Below, in pieces: positions 9,657-18,681 of a stretch of 64,000 nucleotides of DNA; positions within the stretch are counted from its first letter, which is position 1; each line of letters begins with the position of its first letter. The notes under the pieces were generated by a model. It was not told the origin of the DNA. It did no database searches and was given only the letters and a program-made list of their open reading frames with translations. The translations under genes and the position numbers were made by a program. Source of the DNA: Bacteroidales bacterium. Lineage in GTDB: Bacteria; Bacteroidota; Bacteroidia; Bacteroidales; UBA1715. Location: the NCBI GenBank assembly GCA_045600045.1, contig JAZRXD010000089.1, positions 5,413 through 69,412 on the forward strand, read 5' to 3'.

Positions 9657-10082
9657 TTATTTAGTTAAACATAGATTACATATTCCTTTATAGTACATTT
9701 GAGTTTCTGTAATTTTAAAATTCTTTAAAATTACGTTGTCAGATGGATAATCAAACTTTTGCTCAATATCAAAAATTTTTCCACAACAATTGCACATAAA
9801 ATGCGCGTGTTGAGTGGAATAACCATCATAATGAACCATTTTATCGTCTATAAGAATTGATAGAATAGCCCCTTTGGATTCCAGTAATTGCAATGTATTG
9901 TATATTGTTGTTTTTGAAAGCGTTATCATTTCCTTTGATAGCGACTCGTAGATTTCATCAATAGCTGGATGAGTTCTATGTTCCAACAAATACTTTAAAA
10001 TTGCAATTCGTTGAATCGAAGGTTTTATACCAAATTGATTCAATCTATCAATTACCTGTTCTTTTGTGATAATTGTATTCAT
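9657..10082 (-). CDS. Fur-family transcriptional repressor, PerR-like
   Basis: THPAIDEIY, SKTTIYNTL, HAHFMCNCCG and CNLC motifs; directly upstream of rubrerythrin. A -7 box at 10102-10109 supports a start at 10082. Confidence 0.88.
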   Translation of the reverse strand: MNTIITKEQVIDRLNQFGIKPSIQRIAILKYLLEHRTHPAIDEIYESLSKEMITLSKTTIYNTLQLLESKGAILSILIDDKMVHYDGYSTQHAHFMCNCCGKIFDIEQKFDYPSDNVILKNFKITETQMYYKGICNLCLTK

Positions 10083-10101
10083 TGTAAATTTGTATTCATT
10101 A

Positions 10102-10109
10102 CAAATATA
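10102..10109 (-). promoter_or_regulatory. sigma-A -7 box for perR-rbr
   Basis: CAAATATA on the + strand is TATATTTG on the - strand, 19 nt before the ATG. Confidence 0.6.
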
Positions 10110-10209
10110 TACAAAAGAATGGAATTTTTTTTGTAGCAAATTGAACAGTTTAGGAGATTTTTATTTATTACGAAATTCCAATCACTAATCTCTATTTACA
10201 ACTTTATTA

Positions 10210-10239
10210 TTTGAATATTTAATAAATCCAATACCTTTG
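10210..10239 (+). promoter_or_regulatory. sigma-A promoter for tsaE (TTTG ... TACCTTTG)
   Basis: TTTG at 10210-10213 and TACCTTTG at 10232-10239 with an 18-nt spacer. Confidence 0.55.
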
Positions 10240-10284
10240 CATTGGTTGATTATGGTAATCAACACGATTCAAAAACGGTGTACA

Positions 10285-10698
10285 ATGTCTTGTATTACAA
10301 TAAATTCGCTATATGAAATTTCCAAAGCGGCTGCAGAATTCAAAGCTGCGATTGGCGACCATAAAGTAATTGCCTTCCACGGAGAAATGGGAGCTGGTAA
10401 AACAACATTTATCAAAGCATTATGCAAAGAATTTGGTGTGACCGACAATGTTTCGAGTCCAACATTTGCAATCATCAATGAATATTTAACTCCTGAGAAA
10501 TCAACAATTTACCATTTTGATTTATACCGTCTGGAAACCATTGCCGATTTACAAAACATTGGTGCCGAAGATTATTTCTACAGCGGAAGACTATGCTTAA
10601 TCGAATGGCCGGAAATTGCAGAACCTTTATTACCTGGCGATACGTTACATGTCACCATTTCGGTAAATAAGAACAATACAAGGCAAATTTTGTTCTAA
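10285..10698 (+). CDS. tsaE: tRNA threonylcarbamoyladenosine biosynthesis ATPase TsaE
   Basis: GEMGAGKTTF, VSSPTFAIINEY, YHFDLYRL and LIEWPE motifs. Confidence 0.95.
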   Translation: MSCITINSLYEISKAAAEFKAAIGDHKVIAFHGEMGAGKTTFIKALCKEFGVTDNVSSPTFAIINEYLTPEKSTIYHFDLYRLETIADLQNIGAEDYFYSGRLCLIEWPEIAEPLLPGDTLHVTISVNKNNTRQILF

Positions 10699-10791
10699 AA
10701 AAGCAACATTTTTTCTTGCATTGACCACACATTTTTTTGTAATTTGTCCACAAATCAATTGAAGATTTAACTAACTCTATTTCAATACTCT

Positions 10792-13700
10792 ATGAAGCGT
10801 CTATACCTTATATTGGCTTTGTTTTTTATGCCATTTGCAACAGTATTTGCAGATGGAACAAAACAATTAATGCCAAATGCAGGTACAGAAGACAATCCTG
10901 TAGCAAAAGGAACGTGCTACTTAGCAATTGGTTCCCAAGAAGGAGGTAGCGGTCCATCACGTGCTTTTGCCAGATATAATTCCGACGGAAGCAGTTGTGG
11001 AGACCAAGATAGATTATACATAAGAATTGATGATTGTAACACAGAAAAAATTTATCTTGGTTTTGGAGGAATTAGATATGATGGAACTTTAGCCACAATA
11101 AGCAATAATAAATTTTATTCTGGAAGTACCGAACTAATCATTAAGTATAGAATAAAACAATGTGTTGCCGACGATAATGATATCAATCCACCTGTAAATA
11201 ACGGATTGACAGATGCAGAAAGAGCAGGTGCCGATATTGTTGTATACAATGAACATAATGTACCAACGAAAGATGCTGGCTATATAAAAAATTATGCCGA
11301 GGCGTATTATGGCCCCCAAATAAACGGTTCCACCAAAGGTTACAATCCAATTATTGTTGAAGTTCCAAGAAATGGACTTTATTATTTAGAATTTTATATC
11401 GGTTGCGATATTGGAAATAATAGCAGAAAACCTATTGACTTTGAATTTTTTGATGTTTCAGTAGTAAAAACAGAAAATGGTACATCAAAATCCATTGATG
11501 GACGTGTTTACTCTCGTTCGTGGGGATTGAATGCAAATGGAAATACCAACGAAGTGTGGTCAACATTTTATACATATTCAACCGACCATTACACATCAAA
11601 AGTCTATCTTTGCGGTGTAATGCCCTATCGTTTTGTTTTTTGCTGTAACTCATTTGGTGCAATAAACACAAGTACCGTTGAAGAAAATCGTCAATCATAT
11701 CCAAGCCCTGCTGATGAAAAACCAGTTGTTCATCCGAACTACATTCCAGAATACAAAATATTTTTAACCTCACCCGACACAAAATTTTATGGCGAACCAG
11801 CGATGCCTAATCTTCCAAAGAAATTGTCGTTTGCTGGTGATGCGATGACTTGCGAAGATTTGATTTTCGTAATGGAATTAATCAACAGAGAAGACGCCAC
11901 AATTGAATTGTATTTGAACGAGGATGCTTCGGAAGACACCATTGCTGATAAAGTTTTAATTGATGTATTAAAATCAGGAGAAGCCGAATCCCGAGGTTAC
12001 CATTATCCTTGGAAAGACAGATCGGAAATAAAAGAAGCAGGAACATATTTCTATATTCCGGATGATGGTTCTTCCGATATAGTAGCGTGTTCTCGTCAAT
12101 ACAAACTTTCGCTTTTCGACCAACGATTCATTTCCGGTGGCAAGACATACAATATTGGCGATACAATAACAACTGAAGTTGTTCCTTCTGCTATTGCTTG
12201 GAATGAACCATTAGGCAGTGAAAACAATCCAATTTTAATACGAACCAAAGACGATTTGATAGCTTTAGCAAATGCAGTCAACAATGGGACTGCATATAGT
12301 TACGAAATTAACGATTTCTATCTAAACGCCACAGGGCAACATTCCGCAACATTTGCTATTCCAAACACAGACGGATTTGCTGGTATAAATTTTTACCTCA
12401 CTGCACCAACAGGAACTATAATTTTAGATGATGAGTGGCAAGGAATTGGAACTACCGAAAATCCATTTCAAGGAACGTTCCGTTGCGGCCGATACAGTCC
12501 AAATCCTTCTGCCGACAACGACAACCCTGACCATTTAAGATATGCCGGCGACCAAGACACGATTATATTTAGTGAGGCAACTTGCGGTTTGTTCGTTAAT
12601 TGTAAAAATGCTGTTATCGACAACATTCACATAAAAGGAAATATCACCGATGAAATTGAAGGTTATTTTGCTGGATTATGTAATTATGCAGAAGGTACGA
12701 AATTCTTAAATTGTTCAAATGCAGCAGAAATTACCATAGATGCTGTTAGCGATAATTATTCCTACGGAGGCATTTTAGGATATGGAGAAAATTGTTTTAT
12801 CGATTCTTGTTCAAATAAAGGTGCTTTAAATGCCGAAGATTGTGACAAGGTTGGCGGTATAGCTGGTTACCTTAATAACGGAACAGTGAATTTTTGCCAC
12901 AACAATGGAACGATAAACGCCCAATCCTACGCTGGTGGAATTGTTGGAAAAATGTCAGGTACCACAAACAAAATCACCAATTGTAAAAATATTGGTAGTC
13001 TAAATTCCAAACTTAGTTCAGGAGGTATTTTAGGACGTATTGAAAGTTCATCAACAACAAATTTGTCTTCGGGAATCATCTCTGATTGTTGTAATACCGG
13101 TACGATAACCAGTGAACAAATTGCAACTGGCATTGTAGGTTTAAAAAATAATGCAACAATCAACATTGACCATTGTTTGAATACTGGAATTATTGAAGCT
13201 GATGATGATTTAGCATTTGCATTCGATATAGAAGAAGATGATAAAAATGTATCATATTCAATTTCTTACGGTGAGATTGAAAAATATATAACTACAACAG
13301 TTTCAACCGCTACACCTTCTATTTCCTCATTAGGTGAAAGCCACTTTTTTGAAGACGAAGGAAGATTCAACTTATATGGCACGAACTGTTGTGGAAAAAC
13401 ATGGAGAACGGAAGAAGCAGGACGTTTGTATCAAAACGACAAATTATTCTATTTGGCTTGGGATGGTAAATTCGACAATGGCGACTGCGTTGTTGGTGAT
13501 GTTACCGTAAATTATCAAAAAAATACTGGTGTAACCCACTTCCCTTTCTACGATCCCGAAAATATAAAATACGACGAAAGTAAAGGTTGGAGAGGTTTGG
13601 TTGTATATCGTATTGCACCTATCGCCGACACGGTTCGTGGTTTGCTAAAAGATCCTATTGAACAAACAGAATATCAAATAGCAAACAATATTACCGATCC

Positions 13701-14802
13701 TGAGAATTACGGTTACCAAAAATTGCCGAAAGATTATTACAATACAAGTACTACTTCCGAAGAACGAGGTTACGAAATGAAATTGTATTGGGACGACAGA
13801 AAAATCAAATGGGACAACAAAAAATGCGACCAAACAGAAATCAAAGGCTACAAAATCGGTAGAAATGTTCACTATGACGCATCAACAACAACATCGTCAA
13901 CTGGTTCTTGTATCAGTTACGGTTCAAAAGCGTGCGCAAAAAAAGGTGCAGCAATAAAAGTAACAGAAAATGGAACCACAAAGACCAAATATCCATGTGT
14001 ACAATGGAATTGGGGATACAGTGCTACAGATTGTTCCAAATGGTATTATCCACAAGTTGTTACTGCAGCATGCGATACCTGCCACGGTATAGAAAATGTT
14101 TCGGTGGGTGGATATTATGGTTCTGTTGCCGGCGGACACATTTTCCCTATTGGAACGACAAGTTCGGAAGGTTTTGGTAACAAACACATTATGAATACCT
14201 GGTGGAATGGTATTGAAGCAAAAGGTGTAAATACCTTAAAATTGACCGAATTAAGTCCTGTGATTTTGTTGCCAATAACATTATGTAAATGGACCGCTCA
14301 AAATCTAACAACTTCTGTTTTGTTGGAATGGACAACCGCTACGGAAGAAGGGAACAACTATTTCACAATAGAACGTTCGTTTGACGGAGTAAACTGGGAA
14401 ACTCTCGGCAAAGTTGAAGGCGCAGGAACAACAAGTATGTCACATTCATATTCTTTTGAAGATAAAAATCCTCTAAGTGGAATTTCGTATTATCGTTTGA
14501 AACAAACCGACTTTAACGGCAAATCAACATATTCAAGCATAAAATGCATCAATCGACCGAACGACGATGTTGACAATTTTATAGTATATGTCAACGAAGA
14601 ATCTAATTCATTTATAGTTGAAGGTATAGAAATTGCAGCTTGCCCAATCGAAATTCACGATATTCTCGGACATAAAATCACAGAAATTTCATTCTATTCG
14701 TTGAGCACTTCAAAAGTTGCGATTGATGTCACAAAAATTCCCGCAGGAACATACATTGTTACAATTTGCAACAAGTCAAAATCAACAGTAAAAAATTGGT
14801 AA
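10792..14802 (+). CDS. Large T9SS-secreted modular surface protein with an internal GLUG-like beta-helix
   Basis: Signal peptide; central GGIAG/GGIVG + NC.N.G.I repeats (about 12200-13300); C-terminal LPITL...WTTATEEGNNYFTIERSFDG Ig-like domain followed by a CTD-like tail. Confidence 0.8.
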   Translation: MKRLYLILALFFMPFATVFADGTKQLMPNAGTEDNPVAKGTCYLAIGSQEGGSGPSRAFARYNSDGSSCGDQDRLYIRIDDCNTEKIYLGFGGIRYDGTLATISNNKFYSGSTELIIKYRIKQCVADDNDINPPVNNGLTDAERAGADIVVYNEHNVPTKDAGYIKNYAEAYYGPQINGSTKGYNPIIVEVPRNGLYYLEFYIGCDIGNNSRKPIDFEFFDVSVVKTENGTSKSIDGRVYSRSWGLNANGNTNEVWSTFYTYSTDHYTSKVYLCGVMPYRFVFCCNSFGAINTSTVEENRQSYPSPADEKPVVHPNYIPEYKIFLTSPDTKFYGEPAMPNLPKKLSFAGDAMTCEDLIFVMELINREDATIELYLNEDASEDTIADKVLIDVLKSGEAESRGYHYPWKDRSEIKEAGTYFYIPDDGSSDIVACSRQYKLSLFDQRFISGGKTYNIGDTITTEVVPSAIAWNEPLGSENNPILIRTKDDLIALANAVNNGTAYSYEINDFYLNATGQHSATFAIPNTDGFAGINFYLTAPTGTIILDDEWQGIGTTENPFQGTFRCGRYSPNPSADNDNPDHLRYAGDQDTIIFSEATCGLFVNCKNAVIDNIHIKGNITDEIEGYFAGLCNYAEGTKFLNCSNAAEITIDAVSDNYSYGGILGYGENCFIDSCSNKGALNAEDCDKVGGIAGYLNNGTVNFCHNNGTINAQSYAGGIVGKMSGTTNKITNCKNIGSLNSKLSSGGILGRIESSSTTNLSSGIISDCCNTGTITSEQIATGIVGLKNNATINIDHCLNTGIIEADDDLAFAFDIEEDDKNVSYSISYGEIEKYITTTVSTATPSISSLGESHFFEDEGRFNLYGTNCCGKTWRTEEAGRLYQNDKLFYLAWDGKFDNGDCVVGDVTVNYQKNTGVTHFPFYDPENIKYDESKGWRGLVVYRIAPIADTVRGLLKDPIEQTEYQIANNITDPENYGYQKLPKDYYNTSTTSEERGYEMKLYWDDRKIKWDNKKCDQTEIKGYKIGRNVHYDASTTTSSTGSCISYGSKACAKKGAAIKVTENGTTKTKYPCVQWNWGYSATDCSKWYYPQVVTAACDTCHGIENVSVGGYYGSVAGGHIFPIGTTSSEGFGNKHIMNTWWNGIEAKGVNTLKLTELSPVILLPITLCKWTAQNLTTSVLLEWTTATEEGNNYFTIERSFDGVNWETLGKVEGAGTTSMSHSYSFEDKNPLSGISYYRLKQTDFNGKSTYSSIKCINRPNDDVDNFIVYVNEESNSFIVEGIEIAACPIEIHDILGHKITEISFYSLSTSKVAIDVTKIPAGTYIVTICNKSKSTVKNW

Positions 14803-14805
14803 GGC

Positions 14806-15444
14806 CTATTTGGCGAAATTTCTGAAAACTAGCACACACCCATTGGTTTCTATCGTAAACGAATCAGCCAACGATTCATTTAGTGTGCCACACCACCACG
14901 ATTGAAATGTTTTAGGCAACGGATATTTCAAATTTTTGGAAGCGACCTTTGTTGCTGGATTTAACGAAAATAAAGAAACTTGTTGACCACAAAACGATTT
15001 ACATTCCGTTGTTTGCGAAATAGAAATGACTACTCCACTATCCGTAACCATTTGAACTGAATCAAACAATGATTCATATTCCGCCAACAGCGAGATATTG
15101 CCCAAAGTATGATCTTCGCGCAATCCTGTAGCTCCAAGTATTGTAATTGATTCTATTCCATGAGAAACAGCCCATTGTGCAGCTTTTGTCAAATCATTCG
15201 TTTCTTGATCGGGATTGTGAAAAATTCTATCGGAAAATCGTTCCAAAATGTCATCACTTGCAGAATCCAAATCTCCTACAATAACCGTTGGTTCTTTTCC
15301 AAAATCCAACAATTTCTGTGTTGCACCATCGCAACAAATTATCGTTTTCGCTTTTTTTAAGATAGTCAACGGAATTTCATGTGTCGGGAATAATCCATTA
15401 CATAATATCACACAATCCGAATATGTAAAAAAATTCTGTTTCAT
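14806..15444 (-). CDS. thiN: Thiamine pyrophosphokinase
   Basis: ICCDGA, IVGDLDS, DQETNDLTKA and LGATGLREDHTLGN motifs; lies in a TPP-regulated operon. Confidence 0.93.
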   Translation of the reverse strand: MKQNFFTYSDCVILCNGLFPTHEIPLTILKKAKTIICCDGATQKLLDFGKEPTVIVGDLDSASDDILERFSDRIFHNPDQETNDLTKAAQWAVSHGIESITILGATGLREDHTLGNISLLAEYESLFDSVQMVTDSGVVISISQTTECKSFCGQQVSLFSLNPATKVASKNLKYPLPKTFQSWWCGTLNESLADSFTIETNGCVLVFRNFAK

Positions 15445-16061
15445 TTTCCTTGGTTTTGTTTTTTGTATTGCTTATTCCAAGCATAAATTCCAACAAAGGC
15501 TGAAATAATATAACAACTATACAAAATGAATGTCACATACATGCCACTTTGCGAATAATAAATTATTGACGAAACATATACGATGTCCGAAGCCAACCAC
15601 AAAAACCATTGTTCGTAGTATTTCAGAGCCAACATAAACGTAGCAAGAATACTGAACGACGTTATAAACGCGTCGATTGCGGCTAATTCGGAACCAACGA
15701 ACCTCAGCAAATACAATAATAAAACGAACAAAACACCAGCACTTACAGCCGTTATAACACCACCTTTAATCGTAAGTTTTTTTATCGGCATTTCTTCATC
15801 CTGGCTCACTTTCCCATGAAGCCAAACCCACAAGCCATAAATACTCGTAATGATATAATAAATTTGAAACAATGCGTATGCATACACTTCGTTCGCAAAA
15901 AAATTTATACCGAGAAAAGTTGCGGAAACCACATTCAAAATCCACATAACCGGTTTCTCTTTTATTTGATAATACAGCACGAACAATCCCGCAATTGTTC
16001 CGATTAGTTCGCAAAGACTGAAAATATTAAAATTTGCGAAATATGTTTGAATGACTTCCAT
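15441..16061 (-). CDS. pnuC: PnuC-family transporter, probably thiamine (PnuT)
   Basis: Multi-TM protein with DAFITSFSILATFMLALKYYEQWFLW. Thiamine specificity is inferred from the TPP riboswitch and thiN. Confidence 0.9.
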   Translation of the reverse strand: MEVIQTYFANFNIFSLCELIGTIAGLFVLYYQIKEKPVMWILNVVSATFLGINFFANEVYAYALFQIYYIITSIYGLWVWLHGKVSQDEEMPIKKLTIKGGVITAVSAGVLFVLLLYLLRFVGSELAAIDAFITSFSILATFMLALKYYEQWFLWLASDIVYVSSIIYYSQSGMYVTFILYSCYIISAFVGIYAWNKQYKKQNQGK

Positions 16062-16066
16062 TGCTC

Positions 16067-18457
16067 TTAAAATGAATATGTTGCACTAAATGTAAAATGC
16101 GTTCCTGCTTGTGGAAAATAATATTTCCAACTATACTCGGTACCTTGTTCATACCAATTTCCACCATACGCATTACTTATATAATTCTTATTCAATAAGT
16201 TATATACAGAAAACTGAGCTTTTAAGCCTCGAATTATATAACTCACACTACAGTCAAAAACGGTGTAGGCATCAAGCATACGATTTTTGTCGGAGCTATT
16301 ATCGAAATATTGTTTGCCAACTATTTTATTTGTCAGTTCCAAAACCAAACGATTTATTGGAGAATAGGAAATTCTATTTGTCGACACAAAATTAGGAGAA
16401 TATGAAATATCTGTTGTTTCAAGATTTGTTATTTTTTGAATTTCATTCCAATCCTCATCATAATCAAGAGCATACTCCACGTAATTTCTAATTTTATTTT
16501 GCGAGAAATTGAAATTGCCCGACCAATTAAGTTTCTTAAAAATCCACCATGACGTGCTCAATTCCAACCCGCATCGATAACTATTTTTTACGTTTTCCAA
16601 AATTGCGTCGCCCACATCATTCAACTTTCCCGTTTGCACCAACTGATTATCATATTGCATCAAATAGCAGTTTGCCGAAACATCGATTTTTTCACTACTC
16701 CAACGATAACCAAATTCAAAATCGAACAACGTTTCTGGCAGAAGTTCTTTTGCATCAATTTGTTTTGCCGCATCTTTCAAATTTGAACGAGTTGGTTCAC
16801 GATTCGAAACCGAAAAAATTGTTGTTAAACACTCTTTTCTCGAAATTTGATATTTTCCGCCGATTTTCGGATTGAAAAACGACCAATCAAATACGTGATC
16901 CATAATCGTTAAATCATCGTCAACGCCTAACATTTTGTACGAAACATTTCGGTATTGCACATCACCATACAACGAGATTTTTTTATAGGAATAATCCAAA
17001 TTCGCATACAAGTTGAAATCTTTTTTCAAACCATTATTTTCGTAATACGGCTTAGAAATATCAACCTCCGCATTATCTTGAATCCAAATAACATTTCCGA
17101 AATGATTGCCATCGTAAATGCTATAAGAATTGCCAAATGAATATTTTAAACCACCTCGGCGCAACGAAAAATTTGAGACATATCCATAGTGAATATTGTC
17201 CATCGCTTTTTGTCGAATCAAATCGTGAACCGACGGAGAAAAACCATAATCCTCCAACGACGCATCGTCTTTATATTGCTCGTAATAACCATTGCCGGTA
17301 GTGGCGAACAACGAAACAGAAAATACATTTTGAAAAGTTTTATGCGAAACAACAGTATCTTTTCTATACCTATACGACAAAATATAATGCGTTTGAGTGT
17401 AGTTATCCGTTTCATTATCATAGAAATGCTCGTTTCCTTCATCATCATAATATCTTCCAGCAACATTATATGTCAAATCCTTATCGAGCATTTCTTCGGG
17501 CAAACCTTCCCAAGTAATTCCCGTTTTTTGTTTTCCGTATAACACTTTGGCTTTCAATTCGGAATGATTCTTTCTATACGTCGCCATCACATCGAACGAA
17601 TGATTTTTGCAAGTCCCCCGTTGCACCCATCCATCGGAATGCAAACCACCAAAACGAACATCAATCATAAAACGATCGGCCAACTTGCCTGAACTGGCAG
17701 CAACCGACAATTTTTGAGTATTGAAAGAACCAATTGCCGCAGAAACTTCACCGCTCGGCTTGTTAAAACCATTCGGCTCTTTCGTCTCGAAATTGATTGA
17801 CGCACCGAACGACGACGTTCCTGAAGCCGAAGAACCAACACCACGTTGAAGTTCCACATTTTCGACCGATGAAGAAAAATCACCTAAATTCACAAAATAC
17901 ACATCCTGCGATTCTGCGTCGTTCAACGGAATTCCATCAACCGTAATATTCATACGCGACATATCGGCACCGCGAACGCGAAGATTGGTGTAACCAATAC
18001 CCGTTCCCGTTTCGGAAGTTGCAACAACCGACGGCAAATCATTCAAAATGAAAGGCACATCCTGAACTATTTTTTTATCAGCCATCGATACATTCGACAC
18101 ATTCGGCGATGTTTTTTGGAATCCAACAACAGTAACGTTATCCAACAAGAACTGTAATTTCGCTTCCCTTTTCAATACAATAGTTAACTCTTTTAGTGAA
18201 GGACAAGAAACTGGAATTTGCACAACTTCATTCCAATTAGAAACAAACAATGTGTCTGTTTGCTCTTCTATTGCTATTTCAAAATGCCCGTTTTGGTCGG
18301 TAAACACATAATGATTGACAGGTTTTACACAATAAACAATCTCTGTTGACACAGGATTAAAATTTTCATCACATACAGTGCCTTTTACAACGCAATTTTG
18401 GGAAAACGCATGAAATACGCCAATCAAGCAACACAATACAACAACTATCCGTTTCAT
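16067..18457 (-). CDS. TonB-dependent receptor, probably thiamine uptake
   Basis: Plug motifs (GIGYTNLRVRG, ITVDGIPLNDAES, VELQRGVGSS) and C-terminal ...SATYSF; first gene behind the TPP riboswitch. Confidence 0.9.
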   Translation of the reverse strand: MKRIVVVLCCLIGVFHAFSQNCVVKGTVCDENFNPVSTEIVYCVKPVNHYVFTDQNGHFEIAIEEQTDTLFVSNWNEVVQIPVSCPSLKELTIVLKREAKLQFLLDNVTVVGFQKTSPNVSNVSMADKKIVQDVPFILNDLPSVVATSETGTGIGYTNLRVRGADMSRMNITVDGIPLNDAESQDVYFVNLGDFSSSVENVELQRGVGSSASGTSSFGASINFETKEPNGFNKPSGEVSAAIGSFNTQKLSVAASSGKLADRFMIDVRFGGLHSDGWVQRGTCKNHSFDVMATYRKNHSELKAKVLYGKQKTGITWEGLPEEMLDKDLTYNVAGRYYDDEGNEHFYDNETDNYTQTHYILSYRYRKDTVVSHKTFQNVFSVSLFATTGNGYYEQYKDDASLEDYGFSPSVHDLIRQKAMDNIHYGYVSNFSLRRGGLKYSFGNSYSIYDGNHFGNVIWIQDNAEVDISKPYYENNGLKKDFNLYANLDYSYKKISLYGDVQYRNVSYKMLGVDDDLTIMDHVFDWSFFNPKIGGKYQISRKECLTTIFSVSNREPTRSNLKDAAKQIDAKELLPETLFDFEFGYRWSSEKIDVSANCYLMQYDNQLVQTGKLNDVGDAILENVKNSYRCGLELSTSWWIFKKLNWSGNFNFSQNKIRNYVEYALDYDEDWNEIQKITNLETTDISYSPNFVSTNRISYSPINRLVLELTNKIVGKQYFDNSSDKNRMLDAYTVFDCSVSYIIRGLKAQFSVYNLLNKNYISNAYGGNWYEQGTEYSWKYYFPQAGTHFTFSATYSF

Positions 18458-18502
18458 AAGATAAAAAATAAACAGAATAGAAGTGATTGCGTTTGAAGCC
18501 TA

Positions 18503-18578
18503 TTGAATTCCTTACGCAGGTACAAACCTGTTCAAGTTCAAGGGTATCATCTCAGCCTTTGCAGGCACCCCTATTCGA
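18503..18578 (-). ncRNA. TPP (thi-box) riboswitch
   Basis: The minus strand reads GAATAGGGGTGCCTGCAAAGGCTGAGATGATACCCTTGAACTTGAACAGGTTTGTACCTGCGTAAGGAATTC. It has the GGGG..GCTGAGA..ACCC..GA..GCGTA.GGA thi-box core, and a TACTTTTG -7 box lies at 18584-18591. Confidence 0.95.
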
Positions 18579-18681
18579 TGGCACAAAAGTATATAAATTC
18601 TAGAAACAACCTATCGGTTGACAAAAAAAATCATTACGTTGTCTGTTTTAATCTAATCACAGACAAATCTTGAATATTAAG

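Noticed and set aside
14071-14085. CDTCH (CxxCH) heme c motif in the large secreted protein
   Set aside because: It is a single occurrence within a generally Cys-rich segment of a T9SS cargo, with no other cytochrome features; probably chance.
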